DNA of 57,389 nucleotides, the filler included, from Sphacelaria rigidula (Eukaryota), in assembly GCA_964200075.2 (NCBI GenBank). It is 6 parts of 6 records of this genome, joined end to end, with 100 filler letters (N's around TTAATTAATTAA, not from the genome) between each part and the next. Parts side by side here need not be neighbours in the genome. Positions count along the whole stretch, not along the records: positions 19,165 to 28,646 come from CAXNAA020008389.1; positions 28,747 to 38,227 come from CAXNAA020008390.1; 4 more parts are not named here. One strand, given 5' to 3'. The notes under the pieces were generated by a model. The model saw only the letters and a list, made by a program, of their open reading frames with translations, searched no databases and was not told the DNA's origin. Within the stretch, counting starts at the first letter, position 1. Each line of letters opens with the position of its first letter. Position numbers and translations under genes: made by a program. This document shows positions 23,847 through 36,019 of the stretch, one piece after another.

Positions 23847-24437
23847 AATAGCTGCTTAGAAGACGTGAGGGAGCTAAAGAAAATATCTCATCTACACGGA
23901 CATGCATCAAGTGGCGCAAGATTCGCACTGTGGGCTGAGATGAACTTTTGGGAATCGATGGATCAAGTGGTGATCCATCGGTATAAAAGTAACCGAGGCA
24001 AGATCGTCTTTAACTTGGAGTCTGCAAGTGATTTGGCATTTGGTCTGTCGTCTAGAAGCGCATAATCGATTTCGTATGCCGCAGGGGACGGTAACAGCTC
24101 ACAGGACATGAAAGCGCCCAATGGATAAAATCATCTTGCCTACACACAGATGCATCGAGTGGTGCGAAATTCACCCCGTGAGCTGAGATCGGCATGATGA
24201 TGACTTCACCAGGAACGTATTTTACTTGGCATTTGCGGCAGATTCGGCGTAGTTCCTGTCACCTGTCGTCTGAAGACTTGACAGTGATTTTCGCAATGCC
24301 GCAGAAGGCGATAGCTCCTCAGAAGACATGAGAGAGCTCACGAAATGGTCTCGCCTGCACAGAGATACACCGAGTGGGATGAGATTCGAACTGTGGGCTT
24401 GGATCAGCTTTTGAGCATCAATCGATCGAGGCGTGAC
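23847..24437. repeat. Three degenerate copies of a ~110-130-bp unit
   Basis: Units at ~23847, ~24092 and ~24310 share AG(A/G)AC(G/A)TGA...CTACAC..A.ATGCATC.AGTGG....ATTC....GTG.GCT..GAT. Confidence 0.65.
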
Positions 24438-25080
24438 GCGTGTCAATAACACGAAACACCTACTTTCTATCTTCGCTGACAGAGACCTAATCTCTAGAGC
24501 TTGGGAATGATTTCCCATTTCTTGAGTTTGCTATCGCGAATATCTCGCTCATCACCTTAGGTATGCATATTTTGTGGTTACTGCTGGTTCCGAAGCAACC
24601 TAGTTGTGTGCGATCAATACTTGCAAGCTGGTGCTTTAACCCATCATGAGCTTCTCCAAAACAATCACTCCTTCGCGGGATCCATCGGAGGAAGTGCGCA
24701 GACGTGTTTCAAGTAACCTCCTGTAGCTGTTTTTGCACAGCGGCTGTGGCATTTTGCGAAGATCGTGACACATCGACGATGTCTCCACCGTTTAGGATCC
24801 TCAAAGTACGTTGGGGACTGGTTAACATGGCAGAGTGTTCCGTCTTGCCGAGCAGTATATTCCACGTTTAATTCGTGACGGTATCGGAAGTAGTCGACCA
24901 AGTTAGGCATCACGTGGAAGCACGGCGAACACGCAACTGCATGCAGCAGCATCGGACATGGCCAACGTTTGGGATTGCCGATGCAATATGTATTGGCAAA
25001 TAATCGACCAAAACGAGAGGGGTACAGTACAATAAGTTGAAAGCGCCAGGCCGTTTTTTAGGCCGTTTTTCCACCCAAGA

Positions 25081-26867
25081 TCACCACAAACCCCACCACT
25101 TCCTTCGCGGCTGTGTTTCATCGCCTCCCTTGCCCACGCCATCACTTCCTCGCCCACCATTACCATGCACTGATATAGGACTCAGACTAGTGTTTGCATC
25201 AGCCGTTGCCTTCCTTAATTTTCTCTTCATTTTTTTCCCAGTCCCCACGTCCTTCTCCCTTTCCTCTTCCTCCGCCTCCTCCTTCTCCCGCGCCGACATA
25301 TCCAGTCCTAGTGCCCATTTTCTTAATCGGTTGACCTCTTTTGTGGATTTCTTGGAGACATTTGTGCTTGCTTGTTGCTCTTTCGCCGGCGCCTCGTTGG
25401 TTTTGATGAACTCCTCCGGCGGTTCTTGCACATCACGATACTGGTCTTCCTGCTCGCGAAACTTGGTGCTTCTGCTACTGCCCTTGCCTCCCCTCAGTAT
25501 GGCCTGGACTCGTTCGTTCTACGACCCGCCCGCACAGGGAAAACAGTGAACAGGAGTCGAGAGCAGTGCAACAGCAAACGAAAACTAAATGAGACGTAAA
25601 CATAAACAACAGAAACAGTCAGAACCAAGTAAGATGCACGTGTAAAAGCAGTGGATTTTAGTAGGGGAACTCGACTGGGGTCGCCGACGTACTACAGTGA
25701 AGTCGCAGACCCATCCCCCAAATTCCAAGCAGGCGAAATCATGTCGCCTGACATGAAAACCACACGCCACAACTTTACGTGGTGGTAAAGGGGGCTGGGC
25801 AGTAAGCCTTAGGTGATATCAGCTCTACACCAGGCGACCTCACATGTGCCACAGCTTCCGCGTTAGGAGGAATAGTACAAGTAGAGTAGGTGAAATCCAG
25901 AGGCGTTTACTTCTACGCTGCTCCACTACCGAAGTAACTACTCCGCTGCCTTTTCCTACAACAGCACTATTCAGGCACTTCAGTGGGTAACGTCTCTTCG
26001 TCCAGAGTGGCCATACAACCCTCTTTTACGTTCCAGCTGTATGTTCCGTGCTTTTTCACCTCTTTGGGATCCCCATCTTGAACGCGCGTGAGGAATTCCA
26101 CTACTCGGGCATCTCTTTCGCGTCCCCTTCGAGTCGCCTGAATATTTACCGATCAACATGAAAACGAGCGGAAAAGAACAGGGACAAACATCAAATATTT
26201 GACTGCCAACTCTTTGGGATGAATTGCCCGCCGGCTGTTGGCCCGGAGCATTTCAGCGCCTTCGCGATCAAACGGTGTGCACTTGCAATTGTCGGTACAC
26301 GTGGTGCGACACATTGTGGCAAGAAGGATACGGGAGGCCGACAAAGACAGGAAGGCTCAATGCTCAAACTAGCGTATGAATCATGTGGCAGGGGAAATGT
26401 CAATAAACCATGGCGGCAGGTGAGTTCTCCGAACGACAACCGAGGCAGGATGACACGACTTTGCCGCTTCGATCAATTGTTGCTTGCCATCTCTTTTCAA
26501 GGGAAATGGACAGGCACGCTAATATAATAAATTTATATGTATAAAACTGCTGAAATTAGCCTGCCATGTGGCCAACGGTCGTCACTTTTATGTACATGCC
26601 CGGGAATTAGATTTGCCGACACCTTACATTATGCTAAATCAAGAACCCACACTGTCCTATATAACGTACTACACGCGCTGGCTTCGGCTACAAGCGCCAT
26701 ATCCAAGTTTTGCGTAAATTGCTCACCTCAGGATACGCCCTTTTGACGGCCTCCTCTAAATCTTCGTCAGATCCGAAATCCGCAGCAACATACAAGGCGG
26801 CTCCCGCCGCCAAAAATATGGCGGCCGGGGAAAGGAAGGCGGCGGGAACGCGGATCTTGGGCGGCAT
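25081..26867 (-). CDS. Complete 3-exon gene (26867-26727, 26137-26060, 25518-25081) for a 218-aa protein with one N-terminal hydrophobic segment
   Basis: ATG, two phase-0 GT-AG introns with pyrimidine tracts, TGA stop: MPPKIRVPAAFLSPAAIFLAAGAALYVAADFGSDEDLEEAVKRAYPE | ATRRGRERDARVVEFLTRVQDGDPKE | NERVQAILRGGKG...PRRKWWGLW*. Confidence 0.85.
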
Positions 26868-28558
26868 CTACCCCTGCTTGTTGCTGCTGTGAGGTTTTTG
26901 TACTACTGTTCGTGGATGGTCTGCCCCCCCGCGTTTCAAACTCTGATCTGTGGATATACAACACAAGAACGGGGAAAGAAACAGCATACAAGAGTGTCCT
27001 GCTGAGCGTGGTCATTGACTTCATTGTCTCACGTGTGGGCGATTTTTGAGCTCATCACTCTGGAGAATGAAAAGTATATCCAAGATCACGTTAAACGTGG
27101 GCAACAAGCGGCATTGGTGGCAAACTAGTGGGAAGCCACGGTTGTGTTCATGGAGTGTTGTGTTATTCCTATCCTTCACAGCGAACGGTATGCTGACTAC
27201 GCCGTAGTGTACAGAAAAGAAACGCCGGAATCGATCCAATGCCAACTCGGTCGTTTTGCTCAGTTCAACTCCTTGACAGCGAGCATAGGTCATCTGTTGA
27301 ATCAGCATCAATTCTTACTCGAAAAACTAATGTCTTTTTGATCTCGATGAGATATGCAGCGTAGTCTCACCGAACCGGAATGTCGCCGTACTGAACTCAT
27401 GTTCTACTACATGATGGTAGATGTGTTATTGGCAAAAAACTTTGCAAGCAGCACATCTACAAGAGAGCTTGTCTCGCGGAACTACGTGTCAACCTCCCCG
27501 GAGGCTTCTTGTGCACCGCAGGAGGCGCATGCTGCCATACATATATGTTTCTCGACATCTATGGAGTGATGTAATGTAATCAAGTGATGATCACAATGCC
27601 CCGCCTTACTATGCCCCCGGCGAGCTCAATATAATTTCGAACGGCGCAGATGATACTCTTGGGGTGTATACATCTGTTGCTCGCCTTAGTCATTGGCCAT
27701 TGACGCTTGGGGTGCGGGGGAAGGGGTACTTTCATAGACATTCACGGTTTGCACTGCCTCATGGATGTCTCGCCATGTAAACACTACGTAGTATCATCAA
27801 CCTTTTGTGCGGAGCTGAGGTTCTCCCAGCTCGCACGATATGATCAAATTCGACCGTAATGGTGACCACAGAAAAACGTGAGAGAGGGAAAAAATGGTAA
27901 CCTGGTTGCCCTGCTTGCACAATAGCGAGTGCCTTTTTCAGCGGCGCCGTTGCCTACCGACGCCAAGCCTTAAAAGGGATGAAGGGAGTAATACAACAGG
28001 GGTAATATCGCAGCTGCCAATAACGGGGCATAAATAGCCAAGTTATTGTTCCAAATGATGGTTCGGGCTCCGTCAAGATATGCCCTAATCCCATGTTTTG
28101 GACCCCGTCATGATGGCGTCGAAAAGTTGGTCGTATCTCACCGAAAATAAAACAGGGGCATTCCAGGTTCCCACCTGAAAATTGGGATACGCGTGGCGAT
28201 ATTGGCGATCCCAGAGCTACTGGCCGACCCAACTTGTGCATGACCGAGCCTATTCAACACGGACAAGCACCGCAGCACAAGCGCCCAACGCATAGCGCTA
28301 GCTTGTGCTCGTCCAGACACAGTGGTGTTTGTTTCACGGCAATCCGTTCGATATTGGACGAGGGGCGGTCATGTGTGCGGCACAAAAGTTGCTCACGATG
28401 GAGTCGTCGACCGATTGTGGGTGTGCACTACGTGCACACGTTGTCTACCAGTAGTAATTGGCTCCGTCAGTCTTAAATCGGTTCGTCCCGAGCCAAGAAC
28501 GTCGTACTCAGTTGATCGCCAGGTACGGATTGACCCATGCATTCTTCATCCTGGGACA

Positions 28559-28646
28559 GTATGTTGTGTGTGTTGTCGTCCCATTTATTCTGGGCACGAG
28601 TCTACACCTTTCGGTATATGAGGGCGCATCAGCCGGGGTCACACAG
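28559..28646. repeat. Dispersed repeat at contig end
   Basis: Homologous to 20893-20972. Confidence 0.65.
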
Positions 28647-28746
28647 NNNNNNNNNNNNNNNNNNNNNNNNNNNNNNNNNNNNNNNNNNNNTTAATTAATT
28701 AANNNNNNNNNNNNNNNNNNNNNNNNNNNNNNNNNNNNNNNNNNNN
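28647..28746. other. Artificial contig spacer
   Basis: 44 N + TTAATTAATTAA + 44 N. Confidence 0.98.
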
Positions 28747-28979
28747 AAGAAACAAAGAGACAGGATGAGGGGAGGGGGGGGAAAGGGGGGGTGGGGGGGG
28801 GGGGTGGGGGGGAGGGGAGGGGGGTGATGTCCAACATCCCCTTTGCAGCACCGTATGTGCAGCTATATATATATATATACACACAAAATGTGACGTCATG
28901 ATAACGCCAAACGGACTTGAACAGAAAATATGTGGGGTATTCGGGGGGTGCTATGCAACGTACGGGTGGCGTCCATCTT

Positions 28980-29033
28980 GTACCCACGACTGGATGCGTT
29001 GGAATCGGTTGTCGTGTGACAATCAATCAATCG
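28980..29033 (+). mobile_element. 3'-end remnant of an RTE-type LINE or SINE
   Basis: CCACGACTGGAT...GTGTGACAATCAATCAATC resembles the LINE end at 50449-50508. Confidence 0.6.
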
Positions 29034-29154
29034 GTACGAAAACGAACGGCAGGATGCGGAGGGGGTGACTGATACTTGATCGTTTCGGGAAAAAAAGCAT
29101 TTTCTCAATTAGAGACCGTAGGCATCCCTTTTCGAAACGATAATTAATCCTGCT

Positions 29155-29472
29155 ATTTTTTTATTTTTTTATTTGTCGCACTTTGAATCTCTTTCCTTCG
29201 TCGGGACGAGTCTGTGGTCTCAAGGGATCAAACCCATATCTCCCCGGTACACGCGTTGCATTTTGGCCTCGCGGATTGGGTCAGCACTTCCGCACCGCGT
29301 CAACTCACGTCAAACAAACTCACTCGACTACTTTGTTTACTCACGTTCTCACGCTTTCCACGGTGGAAATGACGTACGACGAAGAAAAGAACCAACACAT
29401 TGGGAATCGAACCCTCGTTATCCCCACCCAAATGGCGACAGTCAGACCATTGCACCACCGGGGCGCGGCGGC
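29155..29472 (-). mobile_element. tRNA-derived SINE(s), two tRNA-like units in tandem with an RTE-like tail
   Basis: Minus strand: A-box TGGTGCAATGGT (29457-29446), B-box GGTTCGATTCCC (29413-29402), second B-box-like GGTTTGATCCC (~29234-29224), tail AAAGTGCGACAAATAAAAAATAAAAAA. Confidence 0.65.
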
Positions 29473-30548
29473 ACTAAAGGTGATGAGTAATGTTTAAACA
29501 TCCATTCCTTATGAAATATATATTCAGTAACTTTGACCAAACACCCGAAATGCGTCGCACCAACGCAAAGCGCCAAACGTTAATCGGGCCGCACTCTCAG
29601 ACAGCACAGTACGTCATTCCGAGGGGGGAAATATCCACCTGGCCGTCGTTTCACGCGCAAGGCTACCCAAGGGTAGAAAATGAAGAGATTTTGTTTCAAG
29701 AGAAGAAAATATCGTTTTCATTAGGAGTGGTCTTGATTTGCTCATGTTCTCTCGTTGCTTTTGTTATTTTTTACAACCATTAACCTCTTCTCGATTGATT
29801 TTTCTCAGCAGGATGTTCTTCGTTTTTTCACCACCTTGGGACCACGATCAGGATCGTCGTGGATCAGCGAGCGTGCAACAATTAACCACAAGCAAGCAGT
29901 CAACGAAACAACCGATCAAGAAACAAATCACACATACATGTTAATCATGAGACTTCACCGCCTCCATTGCCTTAACGGGTTGGCGTCGGTTGGCAAGTAC
30001 ACTCTGCAAAACACGCAACTCACTGCAGAAGCTAGGCAAACAGGTTACCGTTTATGTTTTATAGCTTGCATTTGTTTCGCGGTAACCATGATGGTGGTGA
30101 AGTTGGATCATATTATGCGCGGTGGAGAACCTCAACTCCACGCAAAGGGTAGAATCTTGACACGCAGTGTTTAAATGGTGAGACACCCATGAAGAAGTGT
30201 AACCCGTGGCTGTCTCTGGAAGTGGCGATACTAGTAAATGAAGCAAGGCATTTGAGGCTATAATTCGTATGCAAGATGATCAGTAAGCGTCGGGCCGAAC
30301 GATCTATCTGAGCAGGATGCAGGTCACCCCTCATGCGACTCGCCGAACTCATCACGGCGCTTCGCGCTTGGTGATTGCGAGCCTGGTCCGACGGAAACCC
30401 GGCGTGCTCCGTCCCAGCTTTCGTAGGGATGCAAGGTCAATGCTCATATGACTACGCCATGCCAAATCATGAGTGATAACCCCCACCCCCCCCCCCCCCT
30501 CCCCCTCCCCTCCCCCCCCCCCCTCCACTCCCTAAAAAAACAAACCAG

Positions 30549-30673
30549 GCGAAAAAGGCGTTCCCGTGGCGTTCGCTGGCTTGCAATTTCGGCCCGGGCA
30601 GTACGTTTACGCGGATGAAGATGGGATTGTCGTGTCCGACAAGGCTCTCGTTGTACCCAAGCCAGCCCTCTGA
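30549..30673 (+). CDS. Terminal exon of an RraA-family protein (HMG aldolase / regulator of ribonuclease activity A-like)
   Basis: CAG acceptor, phase 1, then GEKGVPVAFAGLQFRPGQYVYADEDGIVVSDKALVVPKPAL*, matching the RraA C-terminal motif VPV.F.G....PG...YADEDG. AATAAA at 30937. Upstream exons not found on this contig. Confidence 0.85.
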
Positions 30674-31239
30674 ATACCGTAGATGAATTACATGCGGAAA
30701 TAGCGCCCGAGGCGAGAATGAGGAAACCCAACCACGACTTTCCACGTCGAGACGGCGGCGGCCAGATGACCGACAAGGCGTGTCGTTGGAAGAGTGTAGT
30801 ATATCGGCGAGAACATTCGGTGATGATGGGAGAGATATCCCGGCAGTGGGGAAGCCTCGTCTATACGGCAATGTTTTGTTAAGCTCTTGTGGTCTATTGT
30901 TTGCCTCGGGTACGCTCGTCTATCTTGTATCTAATGAATAAAGGCTGGATGCCTCGGGGCATTACTTTATACACGGCAATCATTCAATCGATCAGTTGAT
31001 CAATCAAATTAGATCAATCCATTCGATTGATCAATACTCGCTACATTTTCGACCCCTCCCTGTCCTCGGGGCGAGACCATCGTGCCGATGGATTGACCGA
31101 CCTCTCCCCCCCCCCCCGTACACATCGTGGCTTTTGGTATCGCGTACTGGATCATGACCAACACTCACTCCAACCTAATTGGTTTCATTTGTAACAGCTT
31201 GAATAACACCAGGGCGCGGCGGTGTGTGTGTATATGTAT

Positions 31240-31446
31240 ATATATATGTATGTACATATACTTTGTATCGTACCGTACGGAGTAGACGCTTAATCTAAGT
31301 GACCATTTATTTTATTTGAGAGAAATGGTGACGGACGGACCATGATATTTATATATACATATACGTTGTATCGTACCATACGGAGTAGAGGCTTAACCTA
31401 AGCGACCATTCATTCTATTTGAGAGAAGTGGTGACGGACAGATCAT
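31240..31446. repeat. Tandem duplication of ~105 bp
   Basis: TTGTATCGTACC.TACGGAGTAGA.GCTTAA.CTAAG.GACCATT...TATTTGAGAGAA.TGGTGACGGAC occurs twice. Confidence 0.85.
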
Positions 31447-32279
31447 GTTGTGGACATAGACGTTCGTCTTTCACAACTGCAAGGCGAATCTCGATACACA
31501 TGTTTTTCTGATGCAAGAAAGACGGGGCAGGACGATTTGTTGGGACGCATCGCGGTGCACGTGATGATAATAAAATAGTAAGTGTGTTTGTCATGTTGAC
31601 GTGAAGAGAGCATCATCATCGTTATTGGCGAGTGCACATAAACTCCGCATTTTTTGGGGGGTGGCGCACTTTTTACCCCTTTCTCGTCCGGTTCGTATGC
31701 ATATAATGGAATGGACGTTAGTCTAGACGAGGTATAACTTCGTGTTTGTTCGCCCATGAGAGGTACTATTCAAACCGAATACGATAATTGGAAAAACACG
31801 CGATGCACACCGTTTTCTCTTGAATTCATTAGGTACATCACTTGGGGATATGTGTTGCACGTGTGCTCCGAAAAACAGCAAGGAGAACACGTATTTTCAA
31901 CTCGTACGGCCATGCACAGATGAGCACCCGTCCACTAAAACAATTCGTCTTACCCTACCGTAGATGGCCAAATTTCGATCGATGCATCTTATATGGTCAT
32001 CATTTTCCCCGGATACCTTTTCCGGGCTGCCTTGCCCACCTTTTCTAAGCTGGTGCGGACTCCCTACAGCGACATCTTATGTAGCCGGCGCTTGCGACCC
32101 TCAATCCTCGTTGGACCGTTATATTTGGTGAATGGCCACCTAAGCCGGTGAAAACTCGATTCTTTTGGTACCATATTTGCTGTTGCTGGAGGCTTGGGTA
32201 GCGCACGCGCCAACTGAATAGGATTTCACTATACGCATTCCGCACCCGCCTAGAAAATGTGGGCAAGACAGTCCAGAAA

Positions 32280-35217
32280 AGCCATTCAGGCAAAATCAAT
32301 GGAAACTCTGCCCTTTTCTTCCGCCTTCTCCTCTACTCCCAACTCCACCGACCTCAGTGCAGCCTAAAAGCTCACCGATCCTGACGAGCCCGGTATGAAT
32401 CTCGTTTGCGGCTTCCAAACCGCGTTGATACGCTTCACCTTCAGTGTCCTAACAGGGGTGTACACATGTGAGGCCCTCGACCCCTCCTCTCATATGGCGC
32501 TGTCTTGGGTGGACTCGCGCACACCCCAAGCAACTTTGTCAACTTCCTCACCTTCGACTCCCGTGCAGGCTTTGTCAACAGAACACCCTACACGACGTTG
32601 CTGATATGTGAAAACACGCATTCTAGGGCTGCAGCGTGGTCGGCTCAGCTGCCGACAACCCGCTCCTGCCAGTTTTCAAGCTTCACGGTCCCCGCGCCGA
32701 CCACCGGCGTACCTATCAAGCGCTGCACCGAACCCTTTCGCGCACGTCGAAACACTGGCGCCACCTTCTCACTACCACAGTCCACAATACCGCCACCCGA
32801 TCCCAAGCCGTATGCTGACGTGGATATCGATGTCGGACTGAGTTACCCATCGCCTGTCCCGCCTCCGCCTCCGCAACCTTGTTTGGTCGGATTGCCAACG
32901 GAAGAGAAACTGCGGGAGTATCCCGCTGGCTGTTATCATCGGGACTGGGCTCGTGACCAAGTGGCGGAACCTGCTTGCCGCGCTGTAATCAAACGCGTAC
33001 AGCTTGTTGGGTGCCCCGTTCTGTTCCCGTCAGATATTATTGCCCGTGTAGGCACACTCCCTATGCATCCTATGGACGAAGTTGACAAACTCATACGTGA
33101 AGAGCAACTAGTCAACATAGACACTGGCGAACGGCTGTCCATCTGGCGAGCAATACGTCCGCCTGGCACAGACTCTACCGTCGCAGCCGGCCACTACGTA
33201 CGCCTCCCCGGTGTTGAGTCAATCCGCATATAGGATTCCACGCCGACGTTTACTCGCCATATTCGCGTTACCCGCACTATGACCATGCTGGGGCGTTTCT
33301 ATCGGTGGATGGGCATGGAATATTCCGTCAGTTCCGAGACCTGGCGTTATTTCAACTGTCAGGCACGAAAAACTTCTCGACAAACGGTACGTTGGCTGTC
33401 GTGTCTCTGGAACTACCCGACGAACGTGGCCATTTTGTGTTTTTCGACTGCTTTGACCCTCTACCTGCAAACGATCGTGGCCACATCTTTATTTTGTTTT
33501 CTACTGACCGTTTCAGTCTCCGCGTAGCCACAAAGCCCGTCGTAACTGGTCATTACATCGACGCTGGCACTGCCGGTATCCTTGTCCACGGTTACATAAT
33601 GCACTATGGTCGCCCGAAACGACTTCTCTCCGACAATGAGCAGCATTTTTGCGCCGATCTCTTCGCCGTTCACTACAAACTCATGAGACTCAACCCTAAT
33701 CCACAACATTGCCATGAGCGCCTATCGTCTCAACGGCAATGGTACTACCGAGAGCGTGAATCATCATATCATGGGGCAAATATTGTAACGGTCACGCATA
33801 TCCGAATAAGACGGTTAAAACTAACACTTTCTACGATAGCCCTCCCCCCCCCCCGAAAATGACTGGATTGAGGAGGCAAAATCTGCACGTAGATCGAAGT
33901 GAAAGAAGCTGAGCACAACAAGCAGCTGAGAATTCCCAAGCTTGGGTTCGTTCTCGCCAATGTCGCCCATATGAGGCGCTTCATGCAGCTTGAAATGAAA
34001 AATCAGGCGCTGTATGACCATTTGACTACACCTGCCTCTCATCATGTTGGCGGGCATTAGTTCGATCAATGCAACGACTAGACCCTTCCCCGATGAGCCA
34101 ATGGAAAACGGCCGGTCACCGTTGTCGAAGGACACACGTTCGACGGTGACCAAGGCCTGGATCAAGATCATATATCCTCCCACGAAGTGGCGCGCTCCTA
34201 CGGCGCAAAGCCAAGACTTTGAACCATGAGCAAAATTCGATAATTGGCTCACGTGTATAGAAAGCGAACACCGCCCTCTATAAGCTTATGCTCAAGCGCT
34301 CGACGTAGAACAATTGACGACTGGTTATGGATCCATAACAACAGCCTATCGGCTATTCGCCAAGGATCCAGCAAAGGTCGCAACGACGCGTTACTCAAGA
34401 CTAAATGATCCTTCAACTGGACAGGACCCCTCAAGATCCTTGTGGTCGGCCCATCACGGGCGTCTCCTGATTGCCGTTTGATTGGCGACACACTTTTGTA
34501 CTTGAATTTTGCGCGGGACCGTCAAGGCTCAGGCGCTAAACCCCGCGTTTCGGTGGTCCGTTGCAAACCCTGTGTCGACCCCCAGGACACCGGTGATTTG
34601 CCCAAGTATCTCCCCGCCGGTCTCGCACCCTATGTGCTCAATTCAACGGGGTCTTCGCCCTACTACGCCGCCACGGACGACATCACCAAACAAGTGTTGC
34701 GCTCGGAAGTGTTCGAAACTACTGCTCATCAACTTGTTCGTGACCGTGGCGGCACAGATGCTGTAATGAATCACACCCCTGGGCATGAGCTTCATTGAGC
34801 ATGGCGGGAACCCCAGTCTGATCTCCAACTCCATCGCCGCGCGATCCTCCTGTACTGCACGGGCCCCGAAGAACAACATCTTGCGAGTAACAACAAATAC
34901 CACAGAGTGCGCTGTAGCGCAGCAGCCCGAGAGCTATGCCACGACAAAGGCTTGCGCTTTGTTGCTTCCAGCTACGACTTAGAATCCCACGAAAAACGGA
35001 GGGAAATTTCAAGGAGGACCGCCACCTTCCCAAAGGAGCCTATCTCCGGTTCAAGGATCATGACAACCTCTGCTGGCTTGGCCAAAACCATTTTGTTGAC
35101 CCCGCCGACGGAAGAACATCGTACCTTTCTTGTATGATTCCGCCCGGGTACAAGTTAACCTCTACGCTTCGCAGTATACCATTAGCCTGGACGCGCCACG
35201 CGGATGTTGGTGTCTGA
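32280..35217 (+). mobile_element. Decayed Ty3/Gypsy pol 3' half (integrase and C-terminal extension)
   Basis: Frameshifted pieces CQARKTSRQ, TDRFS, HYGRPKRLLSDNEQHF, VVRCKPC..P.D..DLPKYLPAGL and LCWLGQ; paralogous to 48011-51250. Confidence 0.85.
33823..34023 (+). mobile_element. Truncated MITE inserted in the Gypsy integrase
   Basis: Matches the reverse complement of 17333-17582. Confidence 0.8.
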
Positions 35218-36019
35218 AGAGACTCAAGTTTGCTGGATTCCGCCGTATCGTGGAATCAAGGGAACATCGATTGCCCTCACGGAGTTGATGATCTCCCTTG
35301 ACTCGCCAGTGTATACTCCGTTATCACTGCATGACCCTGCTCGTCTTTTTTCAGACGTCCTTTGATACCTCACCTTTCCTACGACCTACTGTCACACCCT
35401 TACACTGAAGACTTATCTCCGCTTTCTGGATCTGGGTTGAACTTCGGAGTCACACCAACTTGCATCAGCCGTCGGTTCAAGACAATTTCGAGGCTTGGGG
35501 GCGGTACGGGTGTTTCCACAAAAGTGTGAGTGCGCAGATACGGAGACTTGGGTATGGGGCATTGCTTGTTAAAACGAGTCGCAGGGATTAGCCGACCTGC
35601 CCAAAGGGACCACCTTGGAAACACGGTTTCTTACCATGATACGTCATCTCAAAAGCATATCTATCCCTCCCCCCTGCCCCCCCCCCAGTAACTCTTACCA
35701 GTTTCCCACCTCTTCGACTCGTCCGCGTCTGCAGGACCACCACCGGCTTAGCGCACTCGAGTGAGAGCGTCGAACGAGAAAATAGTTGAAACGTTCCCGA
35801 CATGAGTCTATCGTACCTCAGCGACAAGGCACCGAATAATCTTTAGCGTGATACTTTTCTGCTGGTAGGATTGTAGAAACGTCGGGTCAGACGCGCTTTT
35901 CCCACCATCTTGATGCTTGCATGATCGTCCAGCGTAAATCGGATTCTGTGTATCCACAACATGATCGCTCTCCACTGTTGGGCATGGCGTGAGAAAAATC
36001 CCAGATCGTGTGACTTTAC

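Noticed and set aside
29395..29472. Functional tRNA gene (also considered for 36302-36385)
   Set aside because: A/B boxes are present but acceptor, D and anticodon stems do not pair properly; SINE-type heads.
35570..35690. HDV-like ribozyme suggested by GGCTAA-TCCCTGC on the minus strand
   Set aside because: I could not build the nested P1/P2/P3 pseudoknot; a simple hairpin explains the pairing.
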